A stretch of DNA of 64,000 nt from Alphaproteobacteria bacterium. GTDB lineage: Bacteria; Pseudomonadota; Alphaproteobacteria; UBA828. The stretch lies in NCBI GenBank assembly GCA_963667785.2, contig CAXXMU010000001.1, positions 1,088,001 to 1,152,000 on the forward strand. The letters run 5' to 3'. Positions 28,460 to 38,382 of this stretch are shown here, in pieces. The notes beneath the pieces are model-generated. The model was not told the origin of the DNA. It was given only the letters and a program-made list of their open reading frames with translations, and made no database searches. A program made the position numbers and the translations under genes. Within the stretch, counting starts at the first letter, position 1, and each line of letters starts with the position of its first letter.

Positions 28460-28756
28460 ATGAGCAAGGTCACCAGCAAGCTCCAGATCACGGTGCCCAA
28501 GGCGCTCGCACGGCGCTATGGCATCGAGCCCGGCGACGACATCCGCTTCGAGGAGGCCGGCGAGGTGATTCGCATGGTGCCCGCTGCCGTAGGCGCACCG
28601 TCCGCAAGTCTCGACATCGAGGCGCGCCTGCGCCTCTTCGACGCAGCCACCGCCCGCCAGCGGGCACGCGAGGCGAGTCGCCTCAGCCGTCGCGTCGGTA
28701 TGCGTGGCGGGAGCAGGGAGGAGCTCTACCGGCGTGGCCGCGCGGACGCTGATTGA
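28460..28756 (+). CDS. AbrB/MazE/SpoVT family DNA-binding protein (antitoxin)
   Basis: MSKVTSKLQITVPKALA.RYGIEPGDDIRF with C-terminal SREELY.RGR, typical of VapB-type antitoxins. Confidence 0.8.
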   Translation: MSKVTSKLQITVPKALARRYGIEPGDDIRFEEAGEVIRMVPAAVGAPSASLDIEARLRLFDAATARQRAREASRLSRRVGMRGGSREELYRRGRADAD

Positions 28757-28820
28757 CACTGGCAACCCCGTCAATCGCTACGACGACCGCTTCTCAACGC
28801 ATGGTGTGGAACAGGGCTAG
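28734..28820 (+). pseudogene. Probable 5' remnant of a PIN-domain (VapC) toxin
   Basis: GTG overlapping the antitoxin end reads MAARTLIDTGNPVNRYDDRFS..., resembling the PIN start hhDTNhhhY..D, and stops after 28 codons. Confidence 0.5.
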
Positions 28821-28831
28821 AGGCAGGAGAC

Positions 28832-29977
28832 ATGGCCGCCGAGAACGAAGCGATGCATCCCGACGACGTGGCCGAGTGGCGGCTGCGCAACGTGCCGGTC
28901 TTCAACGAGAACCGCTTCAAGCTCGGTGTCTTCGGGCAGAACTGCTCCAACGGCTGCACCATCACCCATGCCGAGACCACCTTCGAGCCCACCTACGAGC
29001 ACAGCGTGAAGATCAGCAAGCTCGCCGACCGCCTCGGCTTCGAGCTGCTCGTGCCGGTGGGCCGCTGGCGGCACTTCGGCGGCTCCACACAGTTCAACGG
29101 GAACAATCTGGAGGTCTACACCTGGGCCGCCGCGATGGCCTGCCACACGCGGGACATCATGGTCTTCGCCACCTCGCACGTGCCGACCGTCCATCCCATC
29201 CTCGCCGCCAAGCAGGCCGCGACCATCGACAACATCTCGAGCGGGCGCTTCGGCCTCAATGTCGTCTGCGGCTGGTTCAAGCCGGAGATCGAGATGTTCG
29301 GCATGGAGCAGCTCGACCACGACGAGCGCTATGTCATGGCAGACGAGTGGCTCTCGATCGTGAAGCGGCTCTGGGCCGAGGACGACTTCGACCACGAGGG
29401 CACCTACTACAGGGTCAACCAGGGCTTCCTCGCGCCGAAGCCGATCCAGCGGCCGCACCCGGTGGTGATCAACGCCGGCTCCTCGCCTGCGGGCCGCGAG
29501 TTCTCGGCCAAGCTCGCCGACTTCAACTTCCTCTCGATCACGACGATGGAGAAGGCAGCGGCCATCGTGACGGACATCCACGCCCGCGCCGCGGCGCACG
29601 GACGCCGCTGCGGCGTCATGAGCTACGGCCTGGTGTGCTGCCGCGATACCGAGGCGGAGGCCGAGGCGCTCTACCGGCGCATCGTGGACGAGGGCGACTG
29701 GGGCGCGACCAACACCATCATCGAGCTGATGCTGGGCGAGAACTACTCCTACGGCTCGAACGCGGCGGAGATCCGCGCCATGGGCGAGCGCTTCATCGCC
29801 GGCTGGGGCGGCTACCCCCTGGTCGGCACGCCGGAGCAGGTGGTGGAGAAGATGGTCGAGATCGCCGGCATCGGCGTCGAGGGGTTCATCCTGTCGTGGC
29901 TCGACTACCACGAAGAGCTCAAATACTTCGGCGAGAAGGTGATGCCGCTGATGCGCGAGGCGGGACTCAGGGTCTAG
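28832..29977 (+). CDS. Luciferase-like (LLM class) flavin-dependent monooxygenase
   Basis: FKLGVF..NCS.G, GFELL.PVGRW..FGG, VFATSHVP..HP, TID.IS.GRFGLNVVCGW, NAGSS.AG.EF, PLVGTPEQV. Confidence 0.88.
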   Translation: MAAENEAMHPDDVAEWRLRNVPVFNENRFKLGVFGQNCSNGCTITHAETTFEPTYEHSVKISKLADRLGFELLVPVGRWRHFGGSTQFNGNNLEVYTWAAAMACHTRDIMVFATSHVPTVHPILAAKQAATIDNISSGRFGLNVVCGWFKPEIEMFGMEQLDHDERYVMADEWLSIVKRLWAEDDFDHEGTYYRVNQGFLAPKPIQRPHPVVINAGSSPAGREFSAKLADFNFLSITTMEKAAAIVTDIHARAAAHGRRCGVMSYGLVCCRDTEAEAEALYRRIVDEGDWGATNTIIELMLGENYSYGSNAAEIRAMGERFIAGWGGYPLVGTPEQVVEKMVEIAGIGVEGFILSWLDYHEELKYFGEKVMPLMREAGLRV

Positions 29978-30199
29978 CCGGAGTTCCTCTCCGATCTAAC
30001 GGCCTGCCGGCGCTGAAGAAGCCGCTGACAAGCTGTTCGGGCGTGGTGGGCGTCGCGCTGCGATGTCCCCGCAGCACGCCGCTCACCGCCCCGCCTACCG
30101 TTGCCGCAGGCCGCGTGCTGGCTTACCCTTGCGCGTCCCGGCTGCCGTGCGGTCCGACCATTGCGGCGCCTTTTCCCACCCCTCATGAGGAGACGCAGC

Positions 30200-31597
30200 A
30201 TGTCGCTCGACCAGGCCCAGAACATCTCGCTGGAGGAGCTCGACAAGCAGGTCCTGCTCCATCCGGTCACCTCGATCGCCGAGCATCAGACCGCAGGCCC
30301 CGTGATCTACGGCAAGAGCGGCGGGGTGAAGGTCTATGACCGCCACGGCAAGGGCTATATCGACGCGGCGGCTGCGCTCTGGTGCGTCAACATCGGCTAC
30401 GGGCGGAACAGGCTCGCCGAGGTCGCGGCCGAGGAGATGTCGCGCATCGGCTTCTTCCATACCTTCGGCGGCGCCTCCAACGAGCCGCAGATCAGGCTCG
30501 CCGAAAAGCTGCTCTCGCTGCTGCACGAGCACGCCGACTGCCACCACATCGGCAAGGTGTTCTTCGGCCTCTCCGGCTCCGACGGCAACGACACCCAGTT
30601 CAAGCTGGTGCGCTACTACAACAACCTGCTCGGCCGGCCGGAGAAGAAGAAGATCATCTCGCGGCTGGGCGCCTATCACGGCGTCACCAACGCGGCCGGC
30701 AGCCTCACCGGCATCCCGCTCTACCACAAGGCCTTTGACCTGCCCTTCGAAGGCGTACTGCACACCGACTGCCCGCACTACTGGCGCGAGGGCCTCGACG
30801 GCGAGAGCGAGGAGGAATTCGCCGATCGCATGGTGGCGTCGCTCGAGGCGATGATCGAGCGCGAAGGGCCGGAGACCGTCGCCGCCTTCATCGCCGAGCC
30901 GGTGATGGGCACCGGCGGCGTGATCATCCCGGGCGGGGGCTACTACGACAAGGTGCAGGCGCTCCTGAAGAAGCACGACATCCTCTTCATCGCGGACGAA
31001 GTGATCTGCGGTTTCGGACGGCTCGGCACCTGGTTCGGCGCGAGCTACTTCGGTCTCCGGCCGGACATGATGACCTTCGCCAAGGGGCTCACCAGCGCCT
31101 ACTTCCCGATGTCGGCGGTCGCGATCTCCGACGAGGTCTGGCAGGTGCTGGCCGACGGCACGCCCGAGGTCGGCATGTTCGCCCACGGCTTCACCTATTC
31201 GGGTCACCCGGTGGGCGGCGCGGTCGGCCTCGCCAACCTGGAGATCATGGAGTCCGAGAACCTCGTCGCCAACGCGGCCGAGGTCGGCCCCTACTTCAAG
31301 CAGTGCCTGATCGAGCGGGTGGGGGACCATCCCAATGTGGGCGACATCCGCGGCGCCGGCCTCATGCTGGGCGTCGAATATGTCGCCGAGCCCGGCAGCA
31401 AGGCCGCGCCCGACATGACCCCGCCGTCGCACAGGCGCGTCTCGGCGGCGGCGCAGGAGCGCGGGCTGCTCACGCGCGGGCTGCCCTTCCTGCCGGTCAA
31501 CGCCTTCTCGCCGCCGCTCACCTTCACGCGGGCGGACGTCGACGAGACCGTCGGCATCTTCGGCGAGGCCGTGGAGAGCGTGTTCGGCAAGAGCTGA
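30200..31597 (+). CDS. Class III PLP-dependent (omega-amino acid) aminotransferase
   Basis: [49 protein letters not shown] (PLP Lys), [18 protein letters not shown]. Confidence 0.92.
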   Translation: MSLDQAQNISLEELDKQVLLHPVTSIAEHQTAGPVIYGKSGGVKVYDRHGKGYIDAAAALWCVNIGYGRNRLAEVAAEEMSRIGFFHTFGGASNEPQIRLAEKLLSLLHEHADCHHIGKVFFGLSGSDGNDTQFKLVRYYNNLLGRPEKKKIISRLGAYHGVTNAAGSLTGIPLYHKAFDLPFEGVLHTDCPHYWREGLDGESEEEFADRMVASLEAMIEREGPETVAAFIAEPVMGTGGVIIPGGGYYDKVQALLKKHDILFIADEVICGFGRLGTWFGASYFGLRPDMMTFAKGLTSAYFPMSAVAISDEVWQVLADGTPEVGMFAHGFTYSGHPVGGAVGLANLEIMESENLVANAAEVGPYFKQCLIERVGDHPNVGDIRGAGLMLGVEYVAEPGSKAAPDMTPPSHRRVSAAAQERGLLTRGLPFLPVNAFSPPLTFTRADVDETVGIFGEAVESVFGKS

Positions 31598-31631
31598 GAC
31601 CGACCCCGCCGCAGCGCCCGGGGCGCCCGCC

Positions 31632-33713
31632 GTGGGGTTCCGCATCTCCGTCGACACCGGCGGCACCTTTACCGATGTGGTGGCGGGGGACGGCGGACGG
31701 GAGGTGGTCGGCAAGGCGCCGACCACGCCCGACCGCATCTTCGACGGCATGCGGAACGCGCTCGAGAACGCGGCCGAGCAGCTCGACTTGAGCCTCGGCG
31801 CGCTGCTCGGCGATACCGACCTCCTCATTTACGGCACCACGCGTGCCACCAACGCCATCGTCCAGGGCGCGGTCGCCAAGACCGCGTTCCTGGTCACATC
31901 CGGCTTCCCCGACATCCTTGTGCTGAAGGAGGGCGGCAAGCACGGCGTCCACGACTTCGCGACCGACTATCCCGATCCCTACATCCCGCAGACCCACACC
32001 TTCGAGATCGAGGAGCGGATCGACGCCGAGGGCGGCGTGGTGACGCCGCTCGACCGGGAGCAGGCCCGCGCGGCGCTGGCGCTGGTGAGCGAGCGCCGCT
32101 TCGATGCGGTCGCCGTCTGCCTGCTCTGGGCGGTGGCGAACCCGGCGCACGAGGAGGCGCTGGCCGCGCTGATCGAGGAGGTGCTCCCCGGCGTTCCCTA
32201 CACGCTCTCGCACCGGCTGATCCCGATCGTGCGCGAATACCGCCGCGCGTCGGCGACCGCCATCGACGCCTCGCTCAAGCCGCTGATGCAGGCGCATCTG
32301 CGCGGCATGGAGGACGACCTCCGCGCTGCCGGCTGTCGCGGCGAGATTCTGGTGAGCACCTCCGTCGGCGGCTGCATGCACGTTGACGAGCTTGTCGAGC
32401 GCCCGATCCACACGGTCAAGTCCGGCCCGGCCATGGCGCCGGTCGCGGCACTCGCCTGCTCGCAGACGGAGGGGTTCGGCGACGACGTGATCGTCTGCGA
32501 CACCGGCGGCACCACCTTCGACGTGAGCCTGGTGCGCGACGGCGCTGTGAAGCAGACCCGCGAGACCTGGATCGGCGGCCAGTGGACCGGCCACATCCTG
32601 GCGATCTCGTCGGTCGACGTCCGCAGCATCGGCGCCGGCGGCGGCTCGATCGCCTGGATCGACCCCGGCGGCCTGCTCCGGGTCGGCCCCCGCAGCGCGG
32701 GCGCGGTGCCGGGACCCGCCTGCTACGGCACCGGCGGCACCGAGCCGACGGTGACCGATGCGGCGCTCCTGCTCGGCTATATCGATCCCGACTACTTCCT
32801 CGGCGGCAGGCTCGCGCTCGACGAGGCCGCGGCGCGGCGCGCGGTCGGCGGTCTCGCGGACGCTCTCGGCACCTCCCTCGACGACGGGGCGCACGCCATC
32901 GTCAGCCTCGCCAACGAGCTGATGATCAAGGCGATCCAGGACATCACAGTGACCGAGGGCTTCAACCCTCAGGAGTGCACGCTCGTGGCCGGCGGCGGCG
33001 CCGCAGGCCTGGGCGCCATGGCGATCGCCGGCGAGCTCGGCTGCGAGCGGGTCATCCTGCCGCGCACCGCCGCCGTGCTCAGCGCCTGCGGGATGCAGGT
33101 CTCCGACGTGGTCCACGAGCACTCGGCGAGCATGGTCACGCGGTCGGCCAGCTTCGACTTCGAGGGCGTCAACGCCGTCCTCGCCTCCATCGACGCCGAG
33201 CTCGAGCGCTTCGCGGCGACGCTGGGCGAGCGCGGACTCGAGACCATGCGCATCGAGCGCTTCGTCGAGGCGCGCTACCTCTTCCAGGTGTGGGAGCTCG
33301 ACGTGGCGTTGCCGACAGACCGCTTCGAGACCGAGCAGGACGTGGCCGCGCTGGTCGAGCGCTTTCACGCCACCCACGAGCAGGTCTTCGCGGTGCGCGA
33401 TCCGGAGAGCATCCTCGAATGCCTCAACTGGAAGGGGCGGCTCTCGGTCGGCCTCGATACGGCGGCCCGGCCGGCGAAGGGCGCGGAGACCGCGGGCGCG
33501 CCCGTGCCCGACGCCCGCCGGCCCGCCTACTTCGGCGGCGGCGCGCGCGTGGACACCCCCATCTTCCTCGGCCGCAACCTGAGCCCCGGCGCCGTCGTCG
33601 AGGGGCCCGCGATCATCGAGGAGCCGACCACCACCATCGTGGTCGACCCCGGCACGCGGACCCGGCTGAGCGGCGCCGGCAGCTTCATCCTGGAGGCCCG
33701 ACTCGATGGCTGA
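31632..33713 (+). CDS. Hydantoinase/oxoprolinase A subunit (ATP-binding)
   Basis: VDTGGTFTD, GTTRATNA, SGPA, DTGGTTFD, IGAGGGSIAWID, GP.SAGA.PGPACYG, TVTDA. Confidence 0.9.
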   Translation: MGFRISVDTGGTFTDVVAGDGGREVVGKAPTTPDRIFDGMRNALENAAEQLDLSLGALLGDTDLLIYGTTRATNAIVQGAVAKTAFLVTSGFPDILVLKEGGKHGVHDFATDYPDPYIPQTHTFEIEERIDAEGGVVTPLDREQARAALALVSERRFDAVAVCLLWAVANPAHEEALAALIEEVLPGVPYTLSHRLIPIVREYRRASATAIDASLKPLMQAHLRGMEDDLRAAGCRGEILVSTSVGGCMHVDELVERPIHTVKSGPAMAPVAALACSQTEGFGDDVIVCDTGGTTFDVSLVRDGAVKQTRETWIGGQWTGHILAISSVDVRSIGAGGGSIAWIDPGGLLRVGPRSAGAVPGPACYGTGGTEPTVTDAALLLGYIDPDYFLGGRLALDEAAARRAVGGLADALGTSLDDGAHAIVSLANELMIKAIQDITVTEGFNPQECTLVAGGGAAGLGAMAIAGELGCERVILPRTAAVLSACGMQVSDVVHEHSASMVTRSASFDFEGVNAVLASIDAELERFAATLGERGLETMRIERFVEARYLFQVWELDVALPTDRFETEQDVAALVERFHATHEQVFAVRDPESILECLNWKGRLSVGLDTAARPAKGAETAGAPVPDARRPAYFGGGARVDTPIFLGRNLSPGAVVEGPAIIEEPTTTIVVDPGTRTRLSGAGSFILEARLDG

Positions 33714-35505
33714 GACGACACCGCCCGAGCCTGCGCCGGAGGCGCTCGATCCGGTCCTTCTCTCGGTCCTTTCCAACCGGCTCGACGGCATCGTGCGCGA
33801 GATGTCGAACACGCTGCTCAAGGCGGCGCGCTCGGCCGTGATCGCGGTGGCGCGCGACTTCTCCTGCGCCATCTGCACCGCGGACAACCAGTTGCTCGCC
33901 ACCGCCGAGGGCCTGCCGGTCCACATCTTCGGCTCGCACCTGCAGACCCGTGCCATGACCGACCTGCACGCGGACCTCGCCGAGGGCGACGCCTTCCTCC
34001 ACAACGACCCCTATCTCGGCAACACCCACCCGGCGGACCACGCGGTGCTGGTGCCGGTCTTCATCGACGGCGAGCACCTTTTCACCGCCTGCGCCAAGGG
34101 GCATCAGGCGGACATCGGCAACAGCATCCCCACCACCTATCACGCCGCGGCAAAGGACGTGTACGAGGAGGGCTCGCTGATCTTCCCCTGCGTGCGCGTC
34201 CAGCGCGGCTACGAGATGGTGGACGACGTGATCCGCATGTGCCGCAGGCGGATCAGGGTGCCGGAGCAGTGGTACGGCGACTTCCTGGCCGAGCTCGGCG
34301 CGGCGCGCATCGCCGAGCGGCGCCTGAAGGAGCTCTGCGCCAAGTACGGCACCGACACCATCAAGACCTTCATCCGAGAGTGGTTCGACTATTCCGAGCG
34401 CCGCATGGTGCAGGCGATCGGGGAACTGCCGCAGGCGGAGGTCGCGGCGGAAGGCGCGCACGATCCCTTCGAGCCCTTCCTGCCCGACGGCATCCCCATC
34501 AAGGTCGAGCTCCGCATCGACCCCGACGAGGGCCGGATCACCATCGACCTGCGCGACAATATCGACTGCGTCGACTGCGGCCTCAACGAATCGGAGGCCT
34601 GCGCCATCAACAACGTCGTGGCCGGCCTCTTCAACTGCCTGGGCCCGGAGATCCCGCACAACGGCGGGTCGTTCCGGCGCGTAGACGTGCTGCTGCGCGA
34701 CGGCTGCGTCGTCGGCCGCCCGTCCTTCCCCCACTCCACCTCGATGGCGACCACCAACGTCGCCGACCGCCTGGTGAACATCACCCACTCGGCGATGGCG
34801 AAGCTCGGCGACGGCTACGGCCTGGCCGAGGGCGGCAGCGCCATGTGCGCCGCCACCGCGGTGCTGAGCGGCAAGGACTTCAGGCGGGGCGGCGATCCCT
34901 ACATCAACCAGCTCATGATGGTGGTGAACGGCGGCCCGGCGGGACCCAGGGCGGACGGCTGGGTTACCTACGTGCTGCCGGTGGTCTCCGGCCTCATGTA
35001 CCGGGACAGCATCGAGCTTGCCGAGGTGAAGCACCCGATGCTGTTCAAGACGGTGCGCCTCATGCCCGGCACCGGCGGCGCCGGCCGCCATCGCGGCGGG
35101 CCCGCCTGCGAGGTGGTCTACGGGCCGCGCGAGGACCCGATGACCGTGGTGATCCCGTCCGACTGCCAGATCAACCCGGCGCGGGGCGCCCAGGGCGGCC
35201 ACGACGGCACACCCGCTGTCCAGTTCCGGGTCGGCGCCAACGGCGACGAGACGAAGCTGCCGAACGTCGTTCAGCTCGATCTCGCGCCGGGCGAGTTGAT
35301 CCGCGGCCTTGATGCCGGCGGCGGCGGCTACGGCGAGCCCAGGGAGCGCGATCCCGAGCGCGTGCGCATGGATGTCGCCCGCGGCTGGGAGACGCCCGCG
35401 CGGGCCCGCGAGGTCTATGGAGTCGTGCTCACCGGCGACCGGGAAACCGACTCGCTGGCGGTGGACTCGGAGGCGACGGAAGCGCTGCGGGCGGCGGATT
35501 CCTGA
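33706..35505 (+). CDS. Hydantoinase B/oxoprolinase subunit
   Basis: DPV.L.V, RDFSCAI, NDPYLGNTH.AD, H.ADIG, GGAG.HRGG, GGGGYG.P.ERDPE.V..DV. Confidence 0.9.
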   Translation: MAETTPPEPAPEALDPVLLSVLSNRLDGIVREMSNTLLKAARSAVIAVARDFSCAICTADNQLLATAEGLPVHIFGSHLQTRAMTDLHADLAEGDAFLHNDPYLGNTHPADHAVLVPVFIDGEHLFTACAKGHQADIGNSIPTTYHAAAKDVYEEGSLIFPCVRVQRGYEMVDDVIRMCRRRIRVPEQWYGDFLAELGAARIAERRLKELCAKYGTDTIKTFIREWFDYSERRMVQAIGELPQAEVAAEGAHDPFEPFLPDGIPIKVELRIDPDEGRITIDLRDNIDCVDCGLNESEACAINNVVAGLFNCLGPEIPHNGGSFRRVDVLLRDGCVVGRPSFPHSTSMATTNVADRLVNITHSAMAKLGDGYGLAEGGSAMCAATAVLSGKDFRRGGDPYINQLMMVVNGGPAGPRADGWVTYVLPVVSGLMYRDSIELAEVKHPMLFKTVRLMPGTGGAGRHRGGPACEVVYGPREDPMTVVIPSDCQINPARGAQGGHDGTPAVQFRVGANGDETKLPNVVQLDLAPGELIRGLDAGGGGYGEPRERDPERVRMDVARGWETPARAREVYGVVLTGDRETDSLAVDSEATEALRAADS

Positions 35506-35685
35506 AGGTTCGCGGCCGACGCGCACCTGCCGCCCGGGTGGTCGCTCTTAGCGTCTTGCCCTTGCCAACGGCCCGTGCTAACCCTTTCGCCGCTCGCGGC
35601 CGACGGCCGCGAGCGTGTCGTGAAGGTTGCTCGATTCTCGGTTCCCGCCGGCAATCCCGTCAGGCAGTTCGAAGGGGGTTCGAAC

Positions 35686-36240
35686 ATGGCAGACGCCGCG
35701 CCGCCCCAGGACAGCTCGTCCGAGCACGCGGGCACGCGACGCGACTTCCTGGTGTTGGCGGCGGGTGCCATGGGCGGCATGGCCGTGGTCGGCATCACCT
35801 GGCCGCTGATCGAGACCATGAACCCGTCCGCGGACGTGCTCGCGCTGGCGTCCACCGAGGTCGATATCTCCCAGATCGAGGAGGGCCAGGTCATCGTCGT
35901 CAAGTGGCGCGGCCGGCCGGTCTTCATCCGCCATCGCACGGCAGACGAGATCGCTTCGGCGCAAGACGTCAGCCTGGACGACCTCTCCGATCCGCAGCCG
36001 GATGCCGAGCGGGCGCCGCGTCCGCAATGGCTGATCGTGGAAGGCGTGTGCACCCACCTCGGCTGCGTGCCGCTCGGCTCCAAGATCGGCGATCCGAGGG
36101 GCGAGTTCGGCGGCTGGTTCTGCCCCTGCCACGGCTCGCACTACGACACCTCCGGCCGCATCCGCAAGGGGCCGGCGCCGGCGAATCTTCCGGTGCCGAC
36201 CTACGAGTTCCTCGACGACACGCTGGTCCGGATCGGGTAG
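35686..36240 (+). CDS. petA: Ubiquinol-cytochrome c reductase Rieske Fe-S subunit
   Basis: Tat motif [50 protein letters not shown]. Confidence 0.97.
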   Translation: MADAAPPQDSSSEHAGTRRDFLVLAAGAMGGMAVVGITWPLIETMNPSADVLALASTEVDISQIEEGQVIVVKWRGRPVFIRHRTADEIASAQDVSLDDLSDPQPDAERAPRPQWLIVEGVCTHLGCVPLGSKIGDPRGEFGGWFCPCHGSHYDTSGRIRKGPAPANLPVPTYEFLDDTLVRIG

Positions 36241-36253
36241 GGGATCGCGCCGG

Positions 36254-37528
36254 ATGACGACACCCGTTCCGCAGAACCGCGTTGCCCAGTGGATCGAATA
36301 CCGGCTGCCGATCTTCAGTTGGACCAACAAGCACCTCGTCGACTACCCGGCGCCGCGCAACCTCAACTACTGGTGGAACTTCGGCTCGCTGGCCGGCTTC
36401 ATGCTGGTGCTGCAGATCGTGACCGGCGTAGTGCTGGCGATGCACTACACGCCGCACGCCGATCACGCCTTCGATTCGGTCGAGCACATCATGCGCGACG
36501 TGGAGTGGGGCTGGCTGATGCGCTACCTCCACGCCAACGGCGCCTCGATGTTCTTCGCCGTCGTCTACATCCACCTCTTCCGCGGCCTCTACTACGGCTC
36601 CTACAAGTCGCCGCGCGAGATTCTGTGGTGGATGGGCGTCATCATCCTGCTGCTCATGATGGCGTCGGCCTTCATGGGCTACGTGCTGCCGTGGGGGCAG
36701 ATGAGCTTCTGGGCGGCGACGGTGATCACCAACATGACCTCGGCGATCCCGTGGATCGGCGAGACGGTCGTCACCTGGCTGTGGGGCGGCTTCTCGGTCG
36801 ATCACCCCACGCTCGTCCGCTTCTACGCGCTGCACTACCTGCTGCCCTTCGTGCTCTTCGGCGTCGTCTTCATCCACCTCTGGGCGCTGCATCACCGCAA
36901 GTCGAACAACCCGCTCGGCATCGACATCAAGAGCCCCAAGGACACCATCCCCTTCCACCCGTACTACACCGTCAAGGACATGTTCGGGCTGGGCGTGATG
37001 ATGTTCATCCTGCTGATCTTCACCTTCTACATGCCGAACGTGCTGGGCGAGGTGATCAACTACGAGAAGGCGAACCCGCTGCAGACGCCCGCCCATATCG
37101 TGCCGGAATGGTACTTCCTGCCCTTCTACGCGATCCTGCGCGCGATCCCGGACAAGCTCGGCGGCGTCGTGGCGATGGTCGCCTCGATCGCCATCCTCTT
37201 CATCCTGCCCTGGCTCGACAGCTCGCGGGTGCGCAGCGCACGCTTCCGCCCCATCTACAAGTGGGCGTTCTGGATCTTCGTGGTGGACTGCATCGCGCTC
37301 GGCTGGGTCGGCGCCAACACGCCGGAAGGCAACTTCATCTGGATCGGGCAGGTCACCACCGGCTACTACTTCGCGCACTTCCTCATCGTCCTGCCGCTCA
37401 TCGCCAAGTTCGAGCGACCCACGCCGCTGCCGGAGAGCATCCATCAGGCGGTGCTGAAAGGCGGTGGCAGCGGCGAGGACGCGCCCGCGGCCGCGCCGGC
37501 GGACGCCGCAGCGGCGGAGAAGACGTGA
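36254..37528 (+). CDS. petB: Cytochrome b
   Basis: [44 protein letters not shown]. Confidence 0.97.
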   Translation: MTTPVPQNRVAQWIEYRLPIFSWTNKHLVDYPAPRNLNYWWNFGSLAGFMLVLQIVTGVVLAMHYTPHADHAFDSVEHIMRDVEWGWLMRYLHANGASMFFAVVYIHLFRGLYYGSYKSPREILWWMGVIILLLMMASAFMGYVLPWGQMSFWAATVITNMTSAIPWIGETVVTWLWGGFSVDHPTLVRFYALHYLLPFVLFGVVFIHLWALHHRKSNNPLGIDIKSPKDTIPFHPYYTVKDMFGLGVMMFILLIFTFYMPNVLGEVINYEKANPLQTPAHIVPEWYFLPFYAILRAIPDKLGGVVAMVASIAILFILPWLDSSRVRSARFRPIYKWAFWIFVVDCIALGWVGANTPEGNFIWIGQVTTGYYFAHFLIVLPLIAKFERPTPLPESIHQAVLKGGGSGEDAPAAAPADAAAAEKT

Positions 37529-38298
37529 TGCGGCGCGCCCTGCTGGCCGGGCTGATGATCGGCGCGCTCGCCCTCTTCGGCGGCCACGCCGCGCACGCGG
37601 CCGGCGACGCGCCGGACATCCCCGGTCAGGACTGGCAGCACGAAGGCGTCTTCGGCACCTTCGACCGGGGCGAGCTGCAGCGGGGCTTCCAGGTCTTCCA
37701 GGAGGTCTGCTCCGCCTGCCATTCGCTGCAGTACATCGCCTTCCGCAATCTGGTGGAGATCGGCTTCACCGAGGAGGAGGCGAAGGCCATCGCTGCGGAA
37801 TACGAGGTCGAGGACGGACCCGACGACGAGGGCGAGATGTTCTACCGCGCCGCACGGCTCTCCGACTACTGGCCGGCGCCCTTCGCCAACGACAACGAGG
37901 CGCGGGCCTCCAACGGCGGCGCGCTGCCGCCCGATCTCTCGCTCATCATCAAGGCGCGGGAGGGCGGCGCGGATTACGTCTACGCGCTCATGACCGGCTA
38001 CGAGGAAGAGGCGCCGGAAGGGATGGAGCTTGCCGACGGCATGAACTTCAACCACTTCTTCCCGGGTCAGCAGATCGCCATGGTCGCGCCTCTTTACGAG
38101 GAGGCGGTCGAGTACGTGGACGGCACGCCGATGACCGTCGAACAGCACGCGCGGGACGTCACCGCCTTTCTCGCGTGGACGGCGGAGCCGGAGCTCGAGG
38201 AGCGCAAGCAGACCGGCCTCAAGGTGCTGATCTTCGTCTTCGTGCTCACGGCGGTGCTCTTCGTCATCTACCGGCGCGTCTGGGCCAAGCTGCACTAA
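37528..38298 (+). CDS. petC: Cytochrome c1
   Basis: Signal peptide, LQRGFQVF.EVCSACH, PPDLSLI.KAR, IAM, FL.W.AEP and a C-terminal TM helix. TGATG coupling to petB. Confidence 0.95.
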   Translation: MRRALLAGLMIGALALFGGHAAHAAGDAPDIPGQDWQHEGVFGTFDRGELQRGFQVFQEVCSACHSLQYIAFRNLVEIGFTEEEAKAIAAEYEVEDGPDDEGEMFYRAARLSDYWPAPFANDNEARASNGGALPPDLSLIIKAREGGADYVYALMTGYEEEAPEGMELADGMNFNHFFPGQQIAMVAPLYEEAVEYVDGTPMTVEQHARDVTAFLAWTAEPELEERKQTGLKVLIFVFVLTAVLFVIYRRVWAKLH

Positions 38299-38382
38299 CC
38301 AGCGGCGCGCGCACCTCCCTCGTCGGGCGGAGGCGAATCGGCGGGGCTGGCCGCTTGACCGGACGCAGAGGGGAGCGGACCC

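Noticed and set aside
36289-38298. Possible cytochrome b-c1 fusion or extended c1 (669 aa)
   Set aside because: petB terminates at 37528 in another frame, and petC starts at the overlapping ATG with its own signal peptide.
38299-38382. Possible ZTP or THF riboswitch upstream of fhs
   Set aside because: The region is only 84 nt and I could not match the conserved aptamer motifs; GGGGAG is explained as the RBS.
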